Positions 50,901-58,966 of a DNA stretch of 58,966 bases are shown here, piece by piece. The notes beneath the pieces were generated by a model. The model ran no database searches and was not told the origin of the DNA. It worked only from the letters and a program-made list of their open reading frames with translations. The stretch is from contig CAYLQR010000007.1 of the NCBI GenBank assembly GCA_964386365.1, positions 1 through 58,966 on the forward strand. Direction: 5' to 3'. The translations under genes and the position numbers were made by a program. Origin of the DNA: an uncultured Candidatus Saccharibacteria bacterium. Its GTDB lineage: Bacteria; Patescibacteriota; Minisyncoccia; Minisyncoccales; UBA1441. Position 1 is the first letter of the stretch; every line of letters begins with the position of its first letter.

Positions 50901-52167
50901 TCCCATTACCGAAGATAAATGGGAAACAGCTACTTTAGTTTCTCAAGAATTGACCCCTCAATCTCCGGGAACTTCAGAAAGATTAATTGTTCCTGGCTTA
51001 GACTCATCTCAAGCTTATTACTTTGCTTTAAAGTCGAAAGGAGAAGGAGAAGTTTTATCTCCTCTTTCTAATAATCCTTCCCGTCAGGCCATTGCCGCCA
51101 GCGGAACACCAAATGACCCCTACATTGTCACTAATTGCCAAGAATTACAGGAAATTAATCTCAATCCCAACGCCTCTTACCAATTAGCCCATAATATTGA
51201 TTGCTCGGCTACTCAAGCTTGGAATAATCAACAAGGTTTTGAGCCCCTAGGAAACAGCGCCCTTCCTTTCACCGGCCTTTTAGACGGCCGAGGCTTCACC
51301 ATTGACCACCTTCATGTCAATCGAACGGCTAACAATCAAAAAGGAATTGGCCTTATTGGTAAAGCCGAGGCTGGAGCCCAGCTCCTTAATTTGGGTTTAC
51401 GAAACGCTGATATCCGAGGTTACGAAGCAGTCGGAGGGTTAATTGGCTGGGCCCAAGGTTTTTCCAACGACCCTCTTCCGATGATAATTGATAATTGCTA
51501 CACCACCGGTTATTTAGCCAGCTCCAGCCAAGGAGAAGGAGCCGTTGGTGGCTTATTGGGAGATGGATCCAACCTCCAAATAGACCACTCTTGGTCCACC
51601 ATGGAAATTGAAGCTTCCCAAGCCAATAAAGTTGGGGGCTTAGTCGGAAAAATTAATTCTTCAGGAAAAATTAGGCAAAGTCATTATCAAGGAAATGTTC
51701 GCGGGGGCCAAAAAGTCGGCGGATTAATTGGCTTTCTAAATGGAGGAGAAATTGAAAAATGCTGGACCAAAGGAGAAATAAGAGGAGACGAAGTTGGTGG
51801 ATTAGCCGGAGAAATAACGGGTAAAATAGAAAACTCTTATTCTCAAGCTAAAGTATCAACCATCAGCAACCAAGGAGGAGGATTTGTTTTCTATGCTCGC
51901 TCCTCTGGAGCAACGATTATTAACAGCTATTCCACCGGCTATCTTTACGGAGTTAATGTGAGTCAAGCTGGATTTTTGGGAAAATCGAATAATTCTGAAG
52001 AAAAAAATTGTTACTGGGATTTTCAAACTTCAGGACAAGCTCAAAGTCGGGGGTCAGCTAGCGGTCTCACTACCGACCAAATGCAAAACCAAGCTAGTTT
52101 TACTGATTGGGATTTTGCCAACGTTTGGACAATAAAAGAAGGCAATTACCCCTCCCTTAGAGAATAA
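47917..52167 (+). CDS. giant secreted surface protein: unknown N-domain, 2 x lamin-tail (LTD) domains, PKD-like, FN3-like, GLUG-repeat C-terminal region
   Basis: Signal-like N-terminus. LTD signatures FNEIAWMGTTSSSNNEWLELKNISSQSINLEGWQI and ISEIQIEGENSQDEFIELFNPQNEEVSLINWKL. PLAVAGPDQILTYGQTIQLDAS..YKWDI (PKD-like); LLTWTAP..YYFALKS (FN3-like); five (V)GGL(I/L/V/A)G GLUG motifs; DWDFANVWTIKEGNYPSL terminus. Confidence 0.85.
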   Translation: MFRFRFPWLILFLILFIFSNANLTLGATSYKALPKTETASLFRIIHNFLREEQILAFSRKANFSKQGATAMTMYAVRQETIQFYFQELPQTISKKILLETIKLGYRLLNSSGIAYTFLDTLENLSVQKANQIAKDWLTANDLQATGGEISFSYLDYENQNQISSLQYIILYYPEAKNSGKIIAAFYSPESLIPSRARASIPWPYEAWHQAGNRKISPFIVEIEGQVEKQYSAYGWKSRPNLSTIFPSLVPRFSFQEKSSGLFAPLSWIKDQVVSFFSPSSPQEIVITSQDNFSTEIEDLRKTVQSLKEVVKEKSFSEDPPKEDNDSSIKLAEVIKELANSFSSQNQEEAELIKLLRETSQTQAIIAQIQSQPTMMKDDSSEEKEESSLTTQTSQPIEETFCSIENLPQPAWDKVIFNEIAWMGTTSSSNNEWLELKNISSQSINLEGWQIFNQTKHLTLRFNENDSISYRNFFLLERGTDQSLPGQIADKIYQGAIKNSEEKLYLFDQNCQLQDIAEAKTDWPAGDNNSKRTMERKENLAWQTSYSVGGTPNKKNSQGWQPSSPKTESSSNSITEESVSSDPTPTDNYPPLAVAGPDQILTYGQTIQLDASQSGDNLGIVSYKWDITQDSLWNFVQTNPVLELEGNFSPGEYIFTLEVADAAGQTDQDEIVITILEIPKILISEIQIEGENSQDEFIELFNPQNEEVSLINWKLTKKTATGNEATLVSSKGFNGSIPPQGYLLITPSNLDPTHGYKGEVSPDLYYSNASSSLADNNTLLLYNPLDQVIDKVGFGQGVVDFEGEPFPENPEAGFSLGRLWNQELLTYEDKDNNQNDFLISLPTPKAQNKPYLGPVFPEIDFYLSDLESGSLTITTQPEVKVNILNDQEAGAWFLSEEEIISLDENDPRWLTAKPDNFTLSPTSGEKTIFLWLKDQNGMLSPQYSASITLSQNPPQAVYDLSLYPTKTNGEILLTWTAPQMGEEEPVYQYIIKQSLSPITEDKWETATLVSQELTPQSPGTSERLIVPGLDSSQAYYFALKSKGEGEVLSPLSNNPSRQAIAASGTPNDPYIVTNCQELQEINLNPNASYQLAHNIDCSATQAWNNQQGFEPLGNSALPFTGLLDGRGFTIDHLHVNRTANNQKGIGLIGKAEAGAQLLNLGLRNADIRGYEAVGGLIGWAQGFSNDPLPMIIDNCYTTGYLASSSQGEGAVGGLLGDGSNLQIDHSWSTMEIEASQANKVGGLVGKINSSGKIRQSHYQGNVRGGQKVGGLIGFLNGGEIEKCWTKGEIRGDEVGGLAGEITGKIENSYSQAKVSTISNQGGGFVFYARSSGATIINSYSTGYLYGVNVSQAGFLGKSNNSEEKNCYWDFQTSGQAQSRGSASGLTTDQMQNQASFTDWDFANVWTIKEGNYPSLRE

Positions 52168-52228
52168 ATCTTTCCTCTGAAGAACCTTTATGTTAAGATA
52201 GGACGAAGCTAAAAAAACGGAAAGGTTT

Positions 52229-53494
52229 ATGAATTTCGGTAATTTTCTAATGTATAGTAGCCTATTGGTAGGCTTGTATATTACTATTTTTTTCCTGATC
52301 ACTATCCTAGAAAACAGGCGGTGGCTTCATCAAGCTCCATTAAAGGGGAAAACCCCTTCCGTTTCTTTTATTGTCCCCTGCTACAACGAAGAAAAAAATA
52401 TTGTCCAGACCATCGAGTCTTTATTGGCTTTGGATTATCCCAAGGATAAACTCCAAATTTTAGTCATTGACGATGGAAGTAAAGACAAAACTTTTGAAAA
52501 AGCTAAAGCTCTAGAAACAAAAGGACCAGTCAAGGTTTACCACAAGGAAAACGGCGGAAAGCATACCGCCCTTAATTACGGGTTAAACAAGGTTAAATCA
52601 GAATTTGTCGGAACTTTGGATGCTGATTCGTTTGTTGATCCTCAAGCTTTAAAAAAGATTCTTCCCTATTTTTCTGACCCCAACGTTCAAGCCGTTACCA
52701 GTTCTCTCAAGGTTTATCAGCCAAAAAGCATTTGGCAGCATTTTCAGAACGCTGAATATCTTGTAGGAATTTATTTTCGAAAGGCAGCTTCACTCTTAGG
52801 AAGTCTTAATGTTACCCCCGGACCACTATCTATTTTCCGCTACTCAATTTTTGAAAAAATTGGCTATTATCGCCGAGCTTACCAAACAGAAGATTGCGAA
52901 ATAGCTCTTCGGCTTCAAAGTCATAACTTTCAAATAGAAAATACTGTTGACGCCTGTGTCTATACTGTTGCTCCAAACAATTTTAAAACCCTTTATCGGC
53001 AAAGAGTTCGCTGGTATCAAGGAACCCTAAGAAATGCTTGGGATTATCGACGTCTTTTTGGTCGAAAACATGGAAATTTAGGCTTGCTTATTTTCCCATC
53101 TACCTTTTTCGGAATTTTCTTACTTTTGACAATCACTGGCTATAGTATTATCAGAACAATGATCAATTTTATAAATTCTTTTCTTGCCTGGCAAGCTATC
53201 AATTTTGATTTAAGCCAATTTTCTCTCAATTGGGATTGGTTTTTTATTAGCCTTAATCTCTTAACTCTTTTAGGAATCACTAGTTTATTGCTCACCGCCT
53301 TAGCAATGCTCGTAGGCCAAAAATTAAGTCAAGAGAATTTCTCTTGGAAAACGGGAAAAGGCATATTTTTAGCTCTTCTTCTTTATGTTCCCCTTTATTC
53401 TCTTTGGTGGCTAGGAGCAATTACTCAAGTCATTTTCCATCGCCAGCCGAATTGGACTCTAGAAAAGGAAAAAGCTAATCAGGCATCTTCTTAG
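52229..53494 (+). CDS. processive family-2 glycosyltransferase (PgaC/IcaA/NodC/cellulose-synthase-like)
   Basis: VSFIVPCYNEE, VIDDGSKD, TLDADS, QRVRWYQG (QxxRW) motifs with N- and C-terminal TM segments; 421 aa. Confidence 0.85.
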   Translation: MNFGNFLMYSSLLVGLYITIFFLITILENRRWLHQAPLKGKTPSVSFIVPCYNEEKNIVQTIESLLALDYPKDKLQILVIDDGSKDKTFEKAKALETKGPVKVYHKENGGKHTALNYGLNKVKSEFVGTLDADSFVDPQALKKILPYFSDPNVQAVTSSLKVYQPKSIWQHFQNAEYLVGIYFRKAASLLGSLNVTPGPLSIFRYSIFEKIGYYRRAYQTEDCEIALRLQSHNFQIENTVDACVYTVAPNNFKTLYRQRVRWYQGTLRNAWDYRRLFGRKHGNLGLLIFPSTFFGIFLLLTITGYSIIRTMINFINSFLAWQAINFDLSQFSLNWDWFFISLNLLTLLGITSLLLTALAMLVGQKLSQENFSWKTGKGIFLALLLYVPLYSLWWLGAITQVIFHRQPNWTLEKEKANQASS

Positions 53495-53507
53495 AAAGAA
53501 TAAAAAC

Positions 53508-54239
53508 ATGATAAAAAAAGATAAGGAAGAAAACAAAAATCCTAAAAAAGAAATCCGGCTTGGAAAATATTTATTAGTTGGCTTGATAACAATCATTGTT
53601 TTTTCTTTAGGCTTCTGGTTAAGCCATGATTTAAGCCAATTTAAATTATCTCAAGTAGAGAGCTTAAGACAAGATCTTCAACTAGATGTTCTCTCTGCTG
53701 AAACTCAATTTTCTCTTTTAAGTGCCAATATCTGCCAACATATTGACAGTTCCTCTCTAACTGAAGAAATTTACTTTATGGGTCAACGCTTAGATTACAT
53801 GGAAGGGGCTTTAGGAAGCGATAACCCAGAAGTAATCCGTCTAAAAAAGCAATATTCTCTTTTAGAAATAAAGCAATGGCAATTGACTAAAGAAGCTCAA
53901 GAAAAATGTGGAGCAGAATTAATTCCCATCATTTATTTCTATTCTGATAAGAAAGCTTGCCCAACTTGCGGCCAACAAGGTTATGTCCTTTCTTTCTTAA
54001 GAGACAAATATCCTTTTTTGAGAATTTATTCTTTTGACTACAATCTTGAACTTTCTGCCCTTAAAACCCTAAAATCTCTTTACTCCCTTGAAGAAGATTT
54101 ACCAATTATCATTATTGGAGACCAGCCTTATTACGGTTTTCGTGACCGGGAAGAAATAGAAGAAATTCTTCCTCAAGTTTTTGAAACCTTGAAAGAAGAT
54201 CAAGAAAACGAAGAAGAAGCTGAAAAAGCTTCTTCTTGA
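53508..54239 (+). CDS. membrane-anchored thioredoxin/glutaredoxin-like protein (CPTC)
   Basis: TM LGKYLLVGLITIIVFSLGFWL. PIIYFYSDKKACPTCGQQG and LPIIIIGDQPYYG resemble Trx-fold beta1-CxxC-alpha1 and the cis-Pro strand. Acidic tail. Confidence 0.55.
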   Translation: MIKKDKEENKNPKKEIRLGKYLLVGLITIIVFSLGFWLSHDLSQFKLSQVESLRQDLQLDVLSAETQFSLLSANICQHIDSSSLTEEIYFMGQRLDYMEGALGSDNPEVIRLKKQYSLLEIKQWQLTKEAQEKCGAELIPIIYFYSDKKACPTCGQQGYVLSFLRDKYPFLRIYSFDYNLELSALKTLKSLYSLEEDLPIIIIGDQPYYGFRDREEIEEILPQVFETLKEDQENEEEAEKASS

Positions 54240-54244
54240 TCAAG

Positions 54245-54316
54245 CAGCCCCAAGGGGAATCGAACCCCTATTGTTGGATTGAAAATCCAATGTCCTAACC
54301 GTTAGACGATGGGGCC
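54245..54316 (-). tRNA. tRNA-Glu (anticodon UUC)
   Basis: Hand-folded: acceptor GGCCCCA/TGGGGCT (G1-U72 wobble if my boundaries are right), D arm GTCT-AACGGTTA-GGAC, anticodon stem TTGGA/TCCAA with loop UUUUCAA, T arm AGGGG-TTCGATT-CCCCT, discriminator G. Confidence 0.88.
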
Positions 54317-54358
54317 ATCTCCATTTATTCTACAAAATTTTTAGCAAAAAGCAAATTT

Positions 54359-55567
54359 ATGAAAGTTTTGGGAATTGAAACTTCCTGTGATGATACAGGC
54401 ATAGCAATTTTAGAAATAGTAGGAACTCACTTTCCTCCTTCTATCAAAATTGAAAGCAATCTTGTCTCTTCTCAAGTTGAAATCCATCGGCCCTGGGGAG
54501 GAGTAGTCCCTAATCTTGCCAGGAGAGAACATCGTAAAAATCTCCTTCCCTTATTGAAAGAAACTCTGGCCAAAATAGATTTATTGCAAACTGAAGAAAG
54601 AAATATTCCTAAAAAAGAAGAAAAAGAATTAGCTCTTCTTTTTTCTAGAGAGGAAGATTGGTTTCAAGAAATCATTGCCTTTCTAAAAAATTACGGGAAA
54701 CCGAAAATTGATTTAATTGCCGTTACTCAAGGCCCAGGCCTAGCCCCTGCTCTTTGGACAGGCATTAATTTAGCTCAAGCCCTAAGCTTAAGCTGGAATA
54801 TTCCCTTAATTCCCGTCAATCATTTAGAAGGACACCTTCTTAGCAGTTGGCTTCCAATAGAAGGAAATTCTCCTTCCAAACCCACTCTTCCTTTAATTTC
54901 TCTTGTTGTCTCTGGCGGACATACTCAGATTGTTTTAGTAGAAAACTTTTTTCAATATCAACTTTTAGGAGAAACCAGAGATGATGCAGCTGGAGAATGT
55001 TTTGACAAGACAGCTCGTCTACTAGATTTAGGCTATCCAGGGGGACCCCCTATTGCTCAAGCTGCCAAGAAGTGGCAAACTGTGGTCAAGGAGAAAGCTG
55101 AAAAAATTCCAGAAATAATTAAAGAGATTAGTCTTCCTCGACCAATGATTTATACAAAGAATTTTGATTTTAGCTTTGCTGGTTTAAAAACAGCCGTTTC
55201 TTATCTCCATCAGAAACTCCCTTCTCATCTCAAGAAATCTCCTTTCTATTCTTTAAAGATGGCTGATGAAATTCAAAGAGCAATCAATGATGTTTTAATT
55301 GCAAAAACGATAAAAGCCGCTAAAGAATTTTTAGCAAAAGGAGTAACCTTAAGCGGAGGAGTAAGCGCCAATCAGCAATTGAGGGAAAGATTGGCTAGAA
55401 AATGTCAAGAAAACAATCTTCGCTTTTTCCAACCGCCTCTTTCTTTCTCTATGGATAATGCAGCAATGATTGCCCTAGCCGGTTATTGTCACCGATCATC
55501 AGCTACCAACCCCCAACAAACTCCTTCTCTTCAAGTAAATACTCACCTTTCTTTTAAGAAAAAATGA
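54359..55567 (+). CDS. tsaD: tRNA N6-adenosine threonylcarbamoyltransferase TsaD (Kae1/Gcp family), with internal insertion
   Basis: VLGIETSCDDTGIAIL, VNHLEGHL, GGHTQ, SGGVSAN motifs. 402 aa versus about 340 typical (extra segment TEERNIPKKEEKELALLFSREEDWFQEIIAFLKNYG). Confidence 0.9.
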   Translation: MKVLGIETSCDDTGIAILEIVGTHFPPSIKIESNLVSSQVEIHRPWGGVVPNLARREHRKNLLPLLKETLAKIDLLQTEERNIPKKEEKELALLFSREEDWFQEIIAFLKNYGKPKIDLIAVTQGPGLAPALWTGINLAQALSLSWNIPLIPVNHLEGHLLSSWLPIEGNSPSKPTLPLISLVVSGGHTQIVLVENFFQYQLLGETRDDAAGECFDKTARLLDLGYPGGPPIAQAAKKWQTVVKEKAEKIPEIIKEISLPRPMIYTKNFDFSFAGLKTAVSYLHQKLPSHLKKSPFYSLKMADEIQRAINDVLIAKTIKAAKEFLAKGVTLSGGVSANQQLRERLARKCQENNLRFFQPPLSFSMDNAAMIALAGYCHRSSATNPQQTPSLQVNTHLSFKKK

Positions 55568-57651
55568 TGGAAAAAAGATATTCTTTTCAAAAAACTGAAG
55601 AAAAAATTTACCAACAATGGGAAAAAGCTGACCTTTTTAATCCCGATAATCTTCCTGGGGAAAGAACTGAATCTTATACGATAGTTCTTCCTCCACCAAA
55701 CATTACTGGGGCTTTACACATCGGCCACGCTTTAAATGCCAGCATCCAAGACGCTCTTATCCGCCAACAAAGGATGGCCGGGAAAAAAGCTCTCTGGATT
55801 CCAGGAGTAGATCACGCTGGCATTGCCACTCAAAATGTTATTGAAAAACAATTACGACAAGAAGGATTAAGTCGTTTTGACTTGGGTCGAGAAAAATTCA
55901 TTGAGCGAACTTGGAAATGGAAAGAGAAAAACGAAGAAGTAATTATTAATCAGCTTAAAAAATTAGGCTTGTCTTGTGATTGGTCTCGTTTTCGTTTCAC
56001 CATGGACCCAGGCTATTTGGAAGCCGTCAAAAAAGCTTTTCACCATTATCAAGAAAAAGGCTGGATCTACAAAGCAGAAAGACCTGTTAACTGGTGCCCT
56101 CGTTGCCAAACCACTCTTTCTGATTTGGAATTAGAATATCAAGAAGAAAAAAGGAAATTATGGTACGTTAGATACCCTCTTCAAGGGAAAGAAGGAGAAT
56201 TTATTACCATTGCCACTACTAGACCGGAAACAATTCTTGGAGATTTAGCTGTAGCTGTTAATCCAAAAGATAAAAGATATCAATCTTTTATCAAAAAAGG
56301 AATAAAAGTCATTGTTCCCCTAGTAGAAAGACCAGTTCCTTTAATCAATGACTTAGCTGTTGATCCGGAATTTGGAACTGGAGCAGTCAAAGTAACTCCC
56401 TCCCACGATTTAACCGATTATCAGATTAGCCTCCGCCATAATCTTGGTTTGTTAACAGTTATCGATAAAGACGAAAAAATGAGAGGAGACATTCCAAGCG
56501 AATATAAGGGGCTATCTATTTTAGAAGCTAGAGAAAAAATTATTCAAGCTTTGAAAGAAAAAGATTTAATAGAAAAAGAAGAAGATTATCAGCACGCTGT
56601 TCCCCATTGTTATCGTTGCCAAACTCCAATTGAGATTATTCCTTCAGAACAATGGTTCCTAAAGATGGAAGAAATGGCTAAGGCTGCTAAAAAACCAGTC
56701 GAGGAAGGGAAGATAAAATTCTACCCCAGCCACTGGAAAAAAGTTTACCTTCAATGGCTTGATCAAATTCAAGATTGGTGCCTCTCTCGACAAATTTGGT
56801 GGGGAATCAAAGTCCCGGGTGAAGGAGCGAAAGACGTTTTAGATACCTGGTTCAGCTCTGCTCTCTGGCCCTTTGTCGCCCTCGGTTGGCCAGAAGAAAA
56901 TTCGGATCAAAAGAATTTCTATCCGACCAATCTTCTTTCAACCGGCGTAGAAATTATGAATCTCTGGGTTTCAAGAATGATTTTCTCCAGTTTAGAATTA
57001 ACTGGAGAAATTCCCTTCCGCCAAGTCTATTTCCATCCAACTGTTTTAACCAAAAAAGGACAGAGAATGAGTAAATCTCTAGGAACTGGGATTAATCCTT
57101 TAGAAATTATTGAAGAAAAAGGAGCTGATGCTCTTCGCTTCAGCCTCCTTTGGCAAACAGGATCTAATCGCCAAGACATTAGATTTGGGGAAGAAGACCT
57201 AGCGATGGCTGAAAAATTCCAAACAAAGATTTGGAATGCCACTCGTTTTATCCTTCAACAAATTGATTCCGAAGAATCGAACTCTATTAGTTTAAAGAAG
57301 ATTAAAGAAGAGAAAAAAATTATTCAAGAAGTTAAAACGTTAGCAGAAGAAGTGGATAATTTATTGAAAGAATTCAATTTTAATGAAGCCACTCATCAGC
57401 TTTACCATTTTTTCTGGCATCGCTTCTGTGACCAATATTTAGAAGAAGCAAAAGGAAAGATAAAAGAAGGAAAGAAAGAAGAAAAAGAAATTGAAATTCA
57501 AACTCTTCTTTTTACTCTCCTAACCTTCTTGAAGCTCCTTCATCCCTTTATGCCTTTCTTAAGTGAAGAAATTTATCAGAAGCTTCCTCTCCAAGAAAAA
57601 AAGCCATTCTTGATGATTGAAGAATGGCCAATTAAGGAGAAAACACAATGA
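55564..57651 (+). CDS. valS: valine--tRNA ligase, compact form (695 aa)
   Basis: PPPNITGALHIGHAL (HIGH), editing domain TTRPETILGD and GTGAVKVTPSHD, KMSKSLGT (KMSKS). No long C-terminal coiled coil. Confidence 0.9.
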   Translation: MMEKRYSFQKTEEKIYQQWEKADLFNPDNLPGERTESYTIVLPPPNITGALHIGHALNASIQDALIRQQRMAGKKALWIPGVDHAGIATQNVIEKQLRQEGLSRFDLGREKFIERTWKWKEKNEEVIINQLKKLGLSCDWSRFRFTMDPGYLEAVKKAFHHYQEKGWIYKAERPVNWCPRCQTTLSDLELEYQEEKRKLWYVRYPLQGKEGEFITIATTRPETILGDLAVAVNPKDKRYQSFIKKGIKVIVPLVERPVPLINDLAVDPEFGTGAVKVTPSHDLTDYQISLRHNLGLLTVIDKDEKMRGDIPSEYKGLSILEAREKIIQALKEKDLIEKEEDYQHAVPHCYRCQTPIEIIPSEQWFLKMEEMAKAAKKPVEEGKIKFYPSHWKKVYLQWLDQIQDWCLSRQIWWGIKVPGEGAKDVLDTWFSSALWPFVALGWPEENSDQKNFYPTNLLSTGVEIMNLWVSRMIFSSLELTGEIPFRQVYFHPTVLTKKGQRMSKSLGTGINPLEIIEEKGADALRFSLLWQTGSNRQDIRFGEEDLAMAEKFQTKIWNATRFILQQIDSEESNSISLKKIKEEKKIIQEVKTLAEEVDNLLKEFNFNEATHQLYHFFWHRFCDQYLEEAKGKIKEGKKEEKEIEIQTLLFTLLTFLKLLHPFMPFLSEEIYQKLPLQEKKPFLMIEEWPIKEKTQ

Positions 57652-58340
57652 CTATCTTTTTAATTTCTCTCATTCTTGCTGTTACTCCCAGTTTACTCTG
57701 GTTAAGTTTTTATCTTCGAAAAGATGCTCATCCAGAACCCAATTGGATGATTCTAAAAGTTTTCCTTTATGGTTGCTTGGCTGTTGTTCCGGCAACCATT
57801 CTTGAATTAGGGACAGAATTCCTTTCCAATCAATGGAAAGTTATTCTTTTGCTTTCTGTCTTGATTGAGGAAATAATAAAATATTTAGTCATTCGTTGGA
57901 TTGTCTTTCGTTCTCCAGAATTAGACGAGCCAGTTGATTTAATGCTCTATATGGTTATTTCCGCCTTAGGTTTTGCTGCTCTGGAAAATCTTTTCTTTCT
58001 TCTCAATCCAGCCTTAGTTTCTTTAATGAATCTTATTGAAATTACGGCCGTTCGTTTTATAACAGCTGTTTTTATCCACGCTCTTTCCTCCGGCCTTTTC
58101 GGTTACTTTTTAGCCAAGAAATACTTCCTTTCTGGTAAAAGAAAAAGGTTTTCTCTTCTTGGCTTTTTATCAGCTGTTTTCTTGCATCTCCTCTATAACA
58201 GTTTTATAATAACTCTCAGTTCTCGAACAACTAGTAATCCTTCTCTTGTCTACGGCTTACTAATTATTCTCCCTCTAGGTTTTATCATTCTAGAACTTTT
58301 TAGTTTCCGCCATTTAAAGAAATTAAAGGTTGTTTCTTAA
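57648..58340 (+). CDS. prsW: PrsW-family intramembrane metalloprotease
   Basis: Multi-TM; EEIIKY, ALENL and FIHALSSG motifs characteristic of PrsW. ATGA overlap with valS. Confidence 0.75.
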   Translation: MTIFLISLILAVTPSLLWLSFYLRKDAHPEPNWMILKVFLYGCLAVVPATILELGTEFLSNQWKVILLLSVLIEEIIKYLVIRWIVFRSPELDEPVDLMLYMVISALGFAALENLFFLLNPALVSLMNLIEITAVRFITAVFIHALSSGLFGYFLAKKYFLSGKRKRFSLLGFLSAVFLHLLYNSFIITLSSRTTSNPSLVYGLLIILPLGFIILELFSFRHLKKLKVVS

Positions 58341-58358
58341 AAAAGTAAATAAAATATT

Positions 58359-58733
58359 ATGAAAAAGAAAAAAGAAAAAGATTCCTCTAATTGGCTTGAT
58401 AAGGAAGAAGGCAAATTAGCCATTGATTTAATTCAGAAATCAAAGAATTTTATAGTTCAAGCTCCAATCGCTGGAGTGAAAGAAGAAGATTTGGATATTA
58501 GAGTCGAAAATGACATTCTGAATATTCAAGGCCTTCGTCCAGAACCAGAAAAAAATAAGGAAAAGGGCAATTATTTACTTAAAGAATGTTATTGGGGAAA
58601 ATTTTCTCGCCAAATTTCTCTTCCCGATAACGTTGATTTAAAGCACGTTAAAGCTTCTTTAAAAGAAGGGATTTTAACTATTATTATCCCTCGCTTAGAC
58701 AAAGAAGAGGGAAAAAAAGTGAAAATAAGCTAG
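58359..58733 (+). CDS. Hsp20/alpha-crystallin family small heat-shock protein
   Basis: 124 aa; ...FSRQISLPDNVDLKHVKASLKEGILTIIIPR is the alpha-crystallin domain C-terminal pattern. Confidence 0.88.
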   Translation: MKKKKEKDSSNWLDKEEGKLAIDLIQKSKNFIVQAPIAGVKEEDLDIRVENDILNIQGLRPEPEKNKEKGNYLLKECYWGKFSRQISLPDNVDLKHVKASLKEGILTIIIPRLDKEEGKKVKIS

Positions 58734-58764
58734 AAATAGGAATAATCTAAAAAACTAAAAAGAG

Positions 58765-58795
58765 AAACCAGAGCTAAAAGCTCTGGTTTTTCTTT
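58765..58795 (+). terminator. rho-independent terminator after hsp20
   Basis: AAACCAGAGC-TAAAA-GCTCTGGTTT, then TTCTTT. Confidence 0.7.
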
Positions 58796-58801
58796 AAAGA
58801 G

Positions 58802-58883
58802 TGCGGGTGGAGAGACTCGAACTCTCAGTGGTTTCCCACAGGATCCTAAGTCCTGCGCCTATACCAAATTCGGCTACACCCGC
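58802..58883 (-). tRNA. tRNA-Leu (anticodon UAG), class II with long variable arm
   Basis: Hand-folded: acceptor GCGGGTG/CACCCGC, anticodon stem CAGGA/TCCTG with loop CUUAGGA, variable arm TGG-GAAA-CCA, T arm GAGAG-TTCGAGT-CTCTC, discriminator A. Confidence 0.9.
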
Positions 58884-58966
58884 TATGCCTTTTCTAATAC
58901 GCAGAACTCGTTTTCTCTTCCTTAAGATTAACCAATTCCAGAAACGTATTTCACGATACTGGGAAT

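Noticed and set aside
1659-57242. Numerous 60-115-aa ORFs in the track lying antisense to, or nested within, long conserved genes (e.g. 1659..1877, 2248..2469, 3101..3343, 3794..4072, 4785..5018, 6390..6647, 10738..11001, 13053..13343, 20524..20787, 24523..24870, 30113..30355, 45913..46155, 48484..48828, 52054..52302, 57027..57242)
   Set aside because: These are shadow ORFs typical of low-GC DNA. They have low-complexity or biased composition, no SD or promoter context, and each is fully overlapped by a gene with strong family motifs.
1-58966. Alternative genetic code (UGA recoding as in Gracilibacteria/SR1)
   Set aside because: All long conserved genes are uninterrupted under the standard code, and several end at TGA (e.g. 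ndk), so there is no sign of stop-codon reassignment.
58884-58966. Possible partial CDS at the right edge (minus-strand frame ...IPSIVKYVSGIG stop)
   Set aside because: Only about 12 codons are visible and there is no recognisable motif, so it cannot be supported.

Overview
Gene-dense, low-GC (mid-30s % by eye) bacterial chromosome segment read in the standard genetic code. Its content points to a Candidate Phyla Radiation / Patescibacteria-type organism. Evidence: a single-strand str-S10-spc-alpha ribosomal superoperon (24.2 kb down to 1) with no L30 gene, very compact AlaRS and ValRS, a form III-like RuBisCO inside an archaeal-type AMP-salvage operon, a class III (anaerobic) RNR, and a giant LTD/GLUG surface protein.

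Layout:
- 1-24238 (minus strand): ribosomal/translation cluster, interrupted between map and infA by five unrelated genes.
- 24.3-26.7 kb: M50 protease, L28, tRNA-Pro, an RHH/RelE toxin-antitoxin cassette and a non-coding stretch that appears to encode a rod-shaped small RNA.
- 26.7-32.9 kb: ndk, degenerate MBL, PocR-like, UDG, AMP phosphorylase, RuBisCO and R15P isomerase in one tightly overlapping minus-strand operon.
- 33.2-38.7 kb: UvrD-type helicase fused to a Cas4/AddB-like nuclease, two tandem paralogous small ORFs, DUF72, DUF3467 and an ATP-cone/PD-(D/E)xK nuclease.
- 38.9-45.5 kb: trxA-gdh-trxB converging on nrdG-nrdD. nrdD carries a 418-aa LAGLIDADG intein.
- 45.8-54.2 kb: CaCA antiporter, then a plus-strand operon encoding an anchored protein, a 1416-aa surface protein, a processive GT2 synthase and an anchored CxxC protein.
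- 54.2-58.9 kb: tRNA-Glu, tsaD, valS, prsW, hsp20, tRNA-Leu.

No CRISPR array, rRNA, transposase or integrase was seen. The candidates I consider least explained by known biology are the ATP-cone nuclease module with its promoter-hairpin leader, the tandem small paralogs at 36.1-36.7 kb, the rod-like sRNA at 26.46-26.63 kb, and the repeat-preceded surface-protein/glycan-synthase operon. All functional calls come from motif recognition by eye; no database search was run.
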